From Candidatus Siliceabacter maunaloa (GTDB taxonomy: Bacteria > Actinomycetota > Thermoleophilia > Solirubrobacterales > Solirubrobacteraceae): a stretch of DNA of 64,000 bases. Location of the stretch: contig JANDLV010000011.1 of assembly GCA_024330185.1 (NCBI GenBank), positions 19,081-83,080 on the forward strand. The letters run 5' to 3'. Both the position numbers and the translations under genes were made by a program. Below, piece by piece: positions 19,538 through 29,238 of the stretch. A model generated the notes under the pieces. That model saw only the letters and a list, made by a program, of their open reading frames with translations. It searched no databases and had not been told where the DNA came from. Each line of letters starts with the position of its first letter. The first letter of the stretch is position 1.

Positions 19538-21291
19538 CGCTCGCCTACGAGCAGCTGCCGGTCGCCGCCGCGCCCCAGACGCGCCGCGCCGCGCTCGCCC
19601 TCGCGCGCCCCAGACGGCTCGCGCTGGCAGCGGCGGCCGCGCTCGTCGTGGGGACCGCCGCCGGTCTCGCGGTCCCGGCGATCCTCGGCCACATCGTCGA
19701 TCTCGTCACCGACCGGCGCGGCGTCGCGGAGCTGACCGGGCCGGCGATCCTCCTGCTGGCCGCGGCCGTCGTGCAGGGCGTGCTGACGGCAGTCGGCCAG
19801 GCGCTCGTGGCCCGCCTCGGCGAGGGCGCGCTCGCCGAGCTGCGCGAGCGCGTCGTCGAGCGGGTGCTGATGTTGCCGCTGCAGCGCATCGAGCGTGCCG
19901 GCAGCGGCGATCTCGTCGCGCGCGTCAGCGACGACGTGGCCGAGATCGCCGAGGCCGTCCGGCAGGCGCTGCCGCGGATGGCGAGCTCTGCGCTGATCGT
20001 GGGGCTGACGCTCGTCGGACTGGCGGCGCTCGACTGGCGCCTCGCGCTGGCAGGGCTCGTCGCGGTCCCGATCCAGGCGCACACGCTGCGCTGGTACCTG
20101 CGCCACTCGGCGCCGGTCTACGCGGCCGAGCGCCGCGCCGCGGCGGCACGGGCGCAGCAGCTGCTGGACTCGGTCTCGGGCGCCGGGAGCGTGCGGGCGT
20201 TCGGACTCGCACCGGACCACATCGCGCGCGTCGAGCGGCGCTCCTTGGACGCGCTTGCGCTCACGATGCGAGCCGTCAATCTCATCACCCGCTTCTTCGC
20301 GCGGCTGAATGCCGCCGAGCTGCTCGGGGTCGCCGCAATCCTCTCGACCGGCTTCGTGCTCGTGCGCTCCGGCCAGATCACGGTCGGTCAGGCGACTGCC
20401 GCGGCGCTCTACTTCATCCGCCTGTTCGATCCGATCAACATCCTGCTCGCGCTGGTCGACGACGCCCAGCGCGCGGGGGCGAGCCTCAGCCGACTCGTCG
20501 GGGTCACCGCCATGGACCCGCCCGACGAGCCGCCGGCGCCGCCGCGCCCGGCGGATGCCTCGGTCGTACTGCAGGACGTCCGGCACGCGTACGTCAGCGG
20601 CTACGACGTGCTCGACGGCATCGACCTGGAGATCCGGCCCGGTGAACGAATCGCGCTGATCGGCGTCAGCGGCGCGGGCAAGACGACGCTCGCGCGCGTC
20701 GTCGCGGGCATCCAGCGTCCGACCGCGGGCCGGGTCCTGCTGGGCGGCGTCGAGCTCGCGCAGCTCGGGCGCGCCGCTACCGCGCGCAGCGTCGGTCTCG
20801 TGAGCCAGGAGGTGCACGTGTTCGCCGGCACGCTGGCCGACGACCTGCGCATGGCGCGCTCGTCCGCCGGCGACGACGAGCTCGCCGCGGCGCTCGAGCG
20901 CGTCGGCGCGCTGGAATGGGTGCGCGCGCTGCCCGACGGCCTGGCGACGGCCGTCGGGGACGGAGGGCAGCGGCTGACGGCGCAGCGAGCGCAGCAGCTC
21001 GCGCTGGCGCGCATCGTCCTCGCCGACCACCCGATCGTGATCCTCGACGAGGCGACGGCCGAGTCGGGCAGCACCGGCGCCCGCGCGCTCGAGGCGGCGG
21101 CGGCCGCGGCGCTCGAGGGCCGCACGGCGCTCGTCGTCGCGCACCGCCTGACGCAGGCGGCGGCGGCCGACAGGGTCGTCGTCATGGAGTCCGGGCGCAT
21201 CGTCGAGCAGGGCACGCACGCGGACCTCGTCACCGCTGACGGGCCGTACGCCGCGCTGTGGTCCGCATGGTCCGATGGACGCAACGCGTGA
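19534..21291 (+). CDS. ABC transporter permease/ATPase fusion (exporter fold) with consensus NBD but degenerate signature
   Basis: 585 aa with Walker A GVSGAGKTT, Q-loop VSQE, Walker B IVILDEAT and H-loop VVAHRL. The signature motif reads LTAQRAQQ instead of LSGGQ. The gene overlaps the upstream ABC gene by 4 nt. Confidence 0.9.
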   Translation: MTLAYEQLPVAAAPQTRRAALALARPRRLALAAAAALVVGTAAGLAVPAILGHIVDLVTDRRGVAELTGPAILLLAAAVVQGVLTAVGQALVARLGEGALAELRERVVERVLMLPLQRIERAGSGDLVARVSDDVAEIAEAVRQALPRMASSALIVGLTLVGLAALDWRLALAGLVAVPIQAHTLRWYLRHSAPVYAAERRAAAARAQQLLDSVSGAGSVRAFGLAPDHIARVERRSLDALALTMRAVNLITRFFARLNAAELLGVAAILSTGFVLVRSGQITVGQATAAALYFIRLFDPINILLALVDDAQRAGASLSRLVGVTAMDPPDEPPAPPRPADASVVLQDVRHAYVSGYDVLDGIDLEIRPGERIALIGVSGAGKTTLARVVAGIQRPTAGRVLLGGVELAQLGRAATARSVGLVSQEVHVFAGTLADDLRMARSSAGDDELAAALERVGALEWVRALPDGLATAVGDGGQRLTAQRAQQLALARIVLADHPIVILDEATAESGSTGARALEAAAAAALEGRTALVVAHRLTQAAAADRVVVMESGRIVEQGTHADLVTADGPYAALWSAWSDGRNA

Positions 21292-21323
21292 GGACCGCCA
21301 ACCGCCCGGCACGCCACAGGGGA

Positions 21324-21342
21324 AGGTGTTAGGGTGACCTAA
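21324..21342. promoter_or_regulatory. iron-box-like site upstream of the formyltransferase operon
   Basis: AGGTGTTAGGGTGACCTAA matches the TTAGGTTAGGCTAACCTAA consensus at 13/19 positions by hand alignment. It lies 88 nt upstream of ATG 21430. Confidence 0.5.
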
Positions 21343-21429
21343 TACTGCGGGGCGGCGATCCGCGTCCGCCGGTCCATCCGACGGGGTGCCGAGCACCGGC
21401 CGTCGGCGGCAACCCCGGGAGGAGCGCTC

Positions 21430-22437
21430 ATGAACGTCGTGCTGTTCGCCTACCAGACCTGGGGCCACCGGGTGCTGCAAGCGCTGACCGAGTCCCGCCA
21501 CGAGGTCGTGCTGGTCGCCACCCACCCGCCGGGCGACGACGCGTACGAGACGATCTGGACCGACTCCGTCCAGAGGCTCGCGGAGCAGCACGGGCTCCCG
21601 GTGCTCGTCAAGGCCCTTCCGGACGACGAGACGGCGGCACGCGTGCGCGACGCCGGCGCCGACGTCATGGTGGCGTGCAACTGGCGGACGTGGATCCCGC
21701 CCGAGATCTTCGCTGCGCCGCGGCTGGGCACGCTCAACGTTCACGACTCGCTGTTGCCCGCCTACGCCGGCTTCGCGCCGCTCAACTGGGCGGTGATCAA
21801 CGGCGAGCCGGAGGTCGGCATCACGGCCCACGTCATGGACGAGCGGCTCGACCGCGGCGCGATCATCCTGCAGCCGCGAGTGACCGTCGAGCCGGACGAC
21901 ACGATCGGCGATCTGTTCGCCAAGACGCTCATGCTGTTCGGGCCGACGACCGTCGCGGCGCTCGACCACATGGAGCACGGTACCGGCGAGCGCCGCCCCC
22001 AGGATCCCGCACAGGCCACGTTCTTCCACAAGCGCGCCGAGGAGGACAGTCGCATCGACTGGATTTGGCCGGCGCAGGACATCGCCAACCTCGTCCGCGC
22101 CCAGGCCGACCCGTATCCGAACGCCTTCAGCTTCCATGGCGCGGCACGCCTGCAGATCCGCTCGGCCTCCGTCTCGCCCACCCGCGCGGGCGGCACGCCG
22201 GGCCGGATCTTCGCCCGTCAGGGCGACGGGGTGATCATCGTGTGCGGGCCGGACGCGCGCCGCGGTCGCAATCACGGCCTCGTCATCGAGCAGCTGCGCA
22301 CCGAGGACGGCGAGGAGCTCGCGGCGGGCGACTACTTCAAGCGGCTCGGCGGATACCTCACCGCACATCCGGGCGACCCGGACCGCTCTGCGCGGGCGGT
22401 CGGGCAGCGGATCGTCGCGGCCGGCGCAGCGCGTTGA
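21430..22437 (+). CDS. Fmt-like formyltransferase (candidate N5-hydroxyornithine formyltransferase)
   Basis: 335 aa. The N-terminal formyltransferase fold carries NVHDSLLPAYAGFAPLNWAVINGE and there is an Fmt-like C-terminal domain. The gene sits in a hydroxamate NRPS context. Confidence 0.85.
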   Translation: MNVVLFAYQTWGHRVLQALTESRHEVVLVATHPPGDDAYETIWTDSVQRLAEQHGLPVLVKALPDDETAARVRDAGADVMVACNWRTWIPPEIFAAPRLGTLNVHDSLLPAYAGFAPLNWAVINGEPEVGITAHVMDERLDRGAIILQPRVTVEPDDTIGDLFAKTLMLFGPTTVAALDHMEHGTGERRPQDPAQATFFHKRAEEDSRIDWIWPAQDIANLVRAQADPYPNAFSFHGAARLQIRSASVSPTRAGGTPGRIFARQGDGVIIVCGPDARRGRNHGLVIEQLRTEDGEELAAGDYFKRLGGYLTAHPGDPDRSARAVGQRIVAAGAAR

Positions 22438-23171
22438 GCACCGCTCGTCTCCGCGCCGGGCACGTCGCCGCTGCCTTCGCGCCGTGCAGCGTGTGGTGGT
22501 CGGGGCCGATCGGAGACGTCGGCGCGGCGCGGGAACTGCTCGACGAGGCCGAGCGCACGCGCTACGACGGCCTGCGCTCCCCGCACGACCGGGCACGGTT
22601 CGTGACGGGCCGGGTGCTGGCACGGCGCGCGCTCGCCGCCGAGCTGCGCACCGACCGTGCGGCGATCACCCTGATCACACGCTGTCCGATCTGCGGCGGG
22701 CCGCACGGCAAGCCGATCCTGGCCGGTGGACGCACCGCGATCGACTTCTCGATCTCGCATGCCGGCGAGCGCGTCATCGTCGCGACGAGCCACGCCGGGG
22801 CGATCGGCGTCGACGTCGAGCGGATCGGCCCGATCGGAGATCTTGCGACGCCCGAGGCGGGGGTGCTCGCCGACGACGAGCGATCCGTCTTGCGGGCGCT
22901 GCCCGCGGCGCGGCGCGAGGCGGCGTTCATGCGCTACTGGACGCGCAAGGAGGCGGTGCTGAAGGCGACCGGCGACGGACTCCTGACGCCGATGGCCGCG
23001 CTGCGCGTGACGGCACCCGGGGCAGAGCCTGCGGTCGCCGGCTGGCCTGCGGGCCAGCCGGCGCGTGAGGTCCGGATGCTCGACCTGGATGCCGGGCGCG
23101 GCTATCGTGCCTGCCTCGCGGTCCTGACGGCGCTGCCCCTGGAGCTGACCGAGCGGTCGCTGCTTCAGTGA
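22434..23171 (+). CDS. 4'-phosphopantetheinyl transferase (Sfp type)
   Basis: Frame of ORF 21675..23171. Motifs: ISHAGERV, GVDVERI and WTRKEAVLKATGDG. The start is TTG 22434 (overlapping the upstream TGA), with GTG 22491 as an alternative. Confidence 0.8.
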   Translation: MSTARLRAGHVAAAFAPCSVWWSGPIGDVGAARELLDEAERTRYDGLRSPHDRARFVTGRVLARRALAAELRTDRAAITLITRCPICGGPHGKPILAGGRTAIDFSISHAGERVIVATSHAGAIGVDVERIGPIGDLATPEAGVLADDERSVLRALPAARREAAFMRYWTRKEAVLKATGDGLLTPMAALRVTAPGAEPAVAGWPAGQPAREVRMLDLDAGRGYRACLAVLTALPLELTERSLLQ

Positions 23172-23281
23172 GACGAGAACCAGGGCTGACGGTGCCCGTC
23201 AGGCGTGTGCGGCAGTAACAGCACGAGCCCGTCCGACTCGAGAGGGCGCCGGGCGCGCCGGCGACGCGAACGTGAGCGAGG

Positions 23282-24379
23282 TCAGGGAGCTTCGTCTGGG
23301 ACTCTGCGGGGCTCCTCTACCTCAGTGCTCGGATCGCCGTCGACCGCGGTGGCGAGCCGCGGCACCATCTCCTCGATCGCGTAGGGCAGGCTCAGCGGGC
23401 TGTTGTACGAGAGCGCACCGGAGAGCTCGTCGAGATACTCGACATATATGTCGCGACCCTCGCGCACGGCGTTGAGGCGGGCGTAGATCGGGTTTTTCTC
23501 GATCGTGTCCTGGCCTGCTTCCCCGATCTCGAGCATCACGAGCACGTCTTGGTCAAGGAGGCGAAAGCGCTCGGTGCTGATTTCCGTGAAGGACTCCCCG
23601 TCGGCCCGCCGATCGATCTCGTCGGGCGTCTTGAAGCCCAGCGCTGCGAGGAACCGCGCGCGGGGCTCCTGCCCCGTATAGGCGCCAAAGTTGCCATCCC
23701 CATCCACCGTCGCGAACACCGCGGCCGCCCCCTCGAACTCCGGGTGGGCCTCGCGCGCTCCGGCGAACTGACCCTCAAGTTCGGCGACGATATCCTCGGC
23801 GTGCTCGCCGCGGCCGAGCGCACGGCCGGTGACCCGTAGCGTTTCCTGCCAGGGCTGGCCGAAGTCGACGAACTCGTTCGACTGCGCGATGGTGGGGGCG
23901 ATCTGCGAGAGCGTTTCGTAGTCTTTCTCCGTCATGCCCGACTGGCTCCCGAGGATGAGGTCCGGCCGTAGCGCCGCTACCTGCTCGAAGTTGAGCTCCG
24001 CCACGGGCAAGAGCTCGGGTTTGGCGTCGCCGAGCTCGTCCCGCGCCCAAGACCAGTTTTCGCTGGGCTGGCCGCCGAAGAACTCGCGCACCGCGACGGG
24101 GATGACGCCGAGCGCGAGCGGAAAGTCCTGCTCACCGAAGCCGACCGTCACGACCCGCTTGGGTGGCGCGGGAACCCCGGTGCTGCCGTACTTGTGCTCG
24201 ATCGTGGCGGGGAAGGCGCCAGCGCCCTCCCCCGTGGGCGCCTCGCCCGTGTCGTCCTCACCGCAGCCAACGAACACTGCCGCGCCGAGCGCGAGGCCGC
24301 CGGCCAAGAACCTACGGCGTGTGAGGGCGGCAACGACCTGGGGTGTGGGAGAGACGGGACGGGCAAGAACGCGGGTCAT
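23282..24379 (-). CDS. iron-siderophore ABC transporter substrate-binding lipoprotein
   Basis: 365 aa with a Tat/lipoprotein leader (TRRRFLAGGLALGAAVFVGCG) and a FecB/FepB-like periplasmic binding body. Confidence 0.85.
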   Translation of the reverse strand: MTRVLARPVSPTPQVVAALTRRRFLAGGLALGAAVFVGCGEDDTGEAPTGEGAGAFPATIEHKYGSTGVPAPPKRVVTVGFGEQDFPLALGVIPVAVREFFGGQPSENWSWARDELGDAKPELLPVAELNFEQVAALRPDLILGSQSGMTEKDYETLSQIAPTIAQSNEFVDFGQPWQETLRVTGRALGRGEHAEDIVAELEGQFAGAREAHPEFEGAAAVFATVDGDGNFGAYTGQEPRARFLAALGFKTPDEIDRRADGESFTEISTERFRLLDQDVLVMLEIGEAGQDTIEKNPIYARLNAVREGRDIYVEYLDELSGALSYNSPLSLPYAIEEMVPRLATAVDGDPSTEVEEPRRVPDEAP

Positions 24380-24417
24380 GAGTCTCCATTTCTGTCAGGG
24401 CGAGACCTTGGGCACGA

Positions 24418-24436
24418 ACTACTAAGGGCATCCTAA
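24418..24436. promoter_or_regulatory. weak iron-box-like site upstream of the SBP gene
   Basis: The core CTAAGGGCATCCTAA lies 39 nt upstream of the minus-strand start at 24379. It matches the 19-mer consensus at about 10/19. Confidence 0.35.
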
Positions 24437-24850
24437 CACCTACGGGCCGGCGGTTGATGGGCCCCTCGCTGTCTGGTGTGGGGGACCCGCTTGGCTGGGA
24501 TCGGTGCCGGGCCCATGACGAAGGGCCAAGAGGCGAGAAAGCACTGTGGACCGCCGATCGAGCGATCGAGCTGTCTGTCCTCGATGCCCGTCGTTCGCGG
24601 GTGTGACCTTGGCTTGGACCTGCAAATCGGCGCCTTTCGACGCACGGGCGATGTCTCCTCAACCGATAGGACGCCGTCGTGCGGCGGCCACGCGAGGCTG
24701 ACGAAGCCATCCGCCGCCTGACGTGAGGGCTCGGCGCTACCCACGCGAAGTAGCGAGGAGCGGGTTGATGCCATCGCCTCGAGCAATTAGGCAGCCCTAC
24801 TTGTATATGCCGGCCCGCGGAGCGTGGGTTGGCGGAGGACCCGACCTGGT

Positions 24851-24869
24851 AGCGGTTAGGATACCCTAA
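24851..24869. promoter_or_regulatory. iron-box-like site upstream of mbtH/N-hydroxylase operon
   Basis: AGCGGTTAGGATACCCTAA matches the IdeR/DmdR consensus at 14/19 by hand. A second weaker copy, ATTAGGCAGCCCTAC, is at 24786-24800. Confidence 0.55.
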
Positions 24870-24946
24870 CGAGCGACATCTGGGTGTACGCCGGGTGCCG
24901 TGAGGGCTGTCGGTCCGATGCAGTCAGCGAAGAGGGGAGAACGTCG

Positions 24947-25174
24947 ATGACCAACCCGTTCGAGGATCCCGGTGGCACGTACGTCGTGCTCATCAACGAC
25001 GAGGGGCAGCACTCGCTGTGGCCGTCGTTCGTCGCGGTGCCGGCCGGCTGGACGGTGGCGCACGGGGAGAGCTCCCGCAGCGCATGCCTGGACTACGTCA
25101 ACGAGAACTGGACCGACCTGCGACCCGCCAGCCTCATCCGGAGCATGGACAGTGGCGCCCGTCATACCTCGTAA
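24947..25174 (+). CDS. mbtH: MbtH-like protein
   Basis: [35 protein letters not shown] carries the full MbtH signature. This is an internal ATG of ORF 24884..25174, preceded by GAAGAGGGGAGA. Confidence 0.9.
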   Translation: MTNPFEDPGGTYVVLINDEGQHSLWPSFVAVPAGWTVAHGESSRSACLDYVNENWTDLRPASLIRSMDSGARHTS

Positions 25175-26504
25175 GGCGCCCGCCGAGTGCGTGCACGACG
25201 TCCTGGGCATCGGCTTCGGTCCGTCGAACCTCGCGCTCGCGATCGCGATCGACGAGCACAACCGCTCGCGGCCGGGCGATGCCGCCCTCGACGCCGTGTT
25301 CATCGAGAAGCAGAGCCGATTTGGATGGCACCGCGGCATGCTCATCGACGACGCAACGATGCAGGTGTCGTTCCTTAAGGACCTCGTCACGATGCGCGAT
25401 CCGACGAGCGCCCACAGCTTTGTTGCCTACCTGCACGATCGCGGGCGCCTGGTCGACTTCATGAACCACAAGACGCTGTTCCCGCTGCGGATCGAGTTTC
25501 ACGACTACCTCGAGTGGTCCGCCGGGCGGATGTCGCATCTCGTCGAGTACGGCGGCGAGGTCGTCGACGTGCAGCCGGTGCGCGAGGACGAGGTTGTGTG
25601 GGCCTTCGACGTCACGGTCCGCGAGCCCGGGCGGGAGCCGATCGTGCGCCGGGCGCGCAACCTCGTCGTCGCCATCGGCCTGGAGCTGCGCATGCCGCCG
25701 GGGATCGAGCGGTCGGCGCGCATCTGGCACAGCCGCGACTTCCTGCGCCACGTCGAGGAGCTGGCGGACGGTCCGCGGCCCGGTCGCTTCGTCGTCATCG
25801 GCGCGGGCCAGAGCGCGGCCGAGGTCACGGGCTACCTGCATCGCGAATTCCCGGAGGCCGAGGTCTGCGCGGTCTTCTCGCGCTACGGCTACTCGCCGGC
25901 CGACGACAGCCCGTTCGCCAACCGCATCTTCGATCCCGAGGCGGTCGACCTGTACTACGACGCGCCGCCGGCCGCCAAGCGGATGCTGCTCGACTACCAC
26001 CGCAACACGAACTACTCGGTCGTCGATACGGAGCTGATCGAGGAGCTCTACCGTCGCTCGTACCAGGAGAAGGTGACCGGTCGCGAGCGCCTGCGGATCC
26101 TGCACACGTGCAAGGTGCTCGGGGTTCGCCACGGCGACGGCGCGGTGCTGACGACGCTCGAGTCGCTGGCGACCGGTGAGCGCAGCGAGCTCGAGTCCGA
26201 CGCGGTGATCTTCGCCACCGGCTACCGGCCGGTGTGCCCGCTGGGGGTCCTCGGCCAGGCACGATCGCTGTGCGCCACCGGCGACGGCGGGATGGTGTGC
26301 ATCCGGCGCGACTACCGAATCGCCACGACATGCGCGACGCGCGCCGCGATCTACCTGCAGGGCGCCACCGAGCACACGCACGGCATCGGCTCGACCCTGC
26401 TGTCGAACACCGCCGTGCGCGCTGGAGAGATCCTTGACTCGGTCCTGCGCCACGACCCGCAACGCAGCGACGGCTCTCTGGTTTACGCCGGCGAGCAGGC
26501 CTGA
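25152..26504 (+). CDS. L-ornithine/L-lysine N-hydroxylase (flavin-dependent N-monooxygenase)
   Basis: Frame of ORF 24972..26504. Motifs: GIGFGPSNL (FAD), [10 protein letters not shown] (NADPH) and [11 protein letters not shown]. The start is GTG 25152 (overlapping the mbtH stop) or GTG 25191. Confidence 0.9.
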   Translation: MAPVIPRKAPAECVHDVLGIGFGPSNLALAIAIDEHNRSRPGDAALDAVFIEKQSRFGWHRGMLIDDATMQVSFLKDLVTMRDPTSAHSFVAYLHDRGRLVDFMNHKTLFPLRIEFHDYLEWSAGRMSHLVEYGGEVVDVQPVREDEVVWAFDVTVREPGREPIVRRARNLVVAIGLELRMPPGIERSARIWHSRDFLRHVEELADGPRPGRFVVIGAGQSAAEVTGYLHREFPEAEVCAVFSRYGYSPADDSPFANRIFDPEAVDLYYDAPPAAKRMLLDYHRNTNYSVVDTELIEELYRRSYQEKVTGRERLRILHTCKVLGVRHGDGAVLTTLESLATGERSELESDAVIFATGYRPVCPLGVLGQARSLCATGDGGMVCIRRDYRIATTCATRAAIYLQGATEHTHGIGSTLLSNTAVRAGEILDSVLRHDPQRSDGSLVYAGEQA

Positions 26505-26543
26505 GACGCGTTCACGCGACGCACGGTGCCGCAGCGACGCCTG

Positions 26544-28664
<2,121 letters not shown>

Positions 28665-28744
28665 TGTGTGACGTCGTCCGAAGGTCGCTGGTTCCGGCGA
28701 CCGGAGGACGAAGCTACCCATTCCCCGCGTGAAGGAGCATCAAC

Positions 28745-29167
28745 GTGTCCCATCATCGCGAGGCCGTCACCGCCCCGGGCGCCCCCGATGCCGTCGGCCC
28801 CTACGTGCACGCGGTCCGCGCAGGCGGCCTGCTGTTCTGCTCGGGCCAGGTCCCGCTGGACCCCGACACCGGCGAGCTGGTCGCCGGGCCGATCGGCGAG
28901 CAGGCGGCGCGCTGCCTGCGCAACCTTCAGGCGGTGTGTGAGGCTGCGGGCGTCGGACTGGCCGACGCGGTGCGCATCACCGTCTACCTGACCGACATGG
29001 GCGACTTCGCGGCGGTCAACGAGGTCTACGCCGGCTTCTTCACCGCGGCAAGCAGCGGTACAGGCGGTGACGACCCGCCGGCCCGCGTGGCCATCGGCGT
29101 CGCGGCGCTCCCGCTGGGCGCATCAGTGGAGATGGACGCGGTGGTGGCGCTACCCGAGGGCGCCTGA
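28745..29167 (+). CDS. ridA: RidA/YjgF family reactive-intermediate deaminase
   Basis: 140 aa with APDAVGPYVHAV, LLFCSGQVPLDP, and PARVAIGVAALPLGASVEMD. Confidence 0.85.
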   Translation: MSHHREAVTAPGAPDAVGPYVHAVRAGGLLFCSGQVPLDPDTGELVAGPIGEQAARCLRNLQAVCEAAGVGLADAVRITVYLTDMGDFAAVNEVYAGFFTAASSGTGGDDPPARVAIGVAALPLGASVEMDAVVALPEGA

Positions 29168-29238
29168 GAGCACGCGACCCTCTCAAGCCTCCTGCCCTGG
29201 TGTTATGAGAGAACACCAAAGCAGGACGGTTGCCGACC

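Noticed and set aside
19513-22623. ORF 19513..22623 (-) 1036 aa
   Set aside because: It lies antisense to the second ABC gene and the formyltransferase, both of which have canonical motifs. The translation has no recognisable domains.
23186-23202. Short hairpin ctgacgg-tgc-ccgtcag between the convergent PPTase and SBP genes as a terminator
   Set aside because: The stem is only 7 bp with a 3-nt loop and there is no U-tract. That is too weak to annotate.
24312-24786. ORFs 24312..24710, 24433..24786, 24440..24625 (-) and 24476..24721 (+) in the SBP-mbtH gap
   Set aside because: They overlap one another and have no homology that I can recognise. The first also overlaps the SBP start. The region was reported as an unexplained non-coding gap instead.
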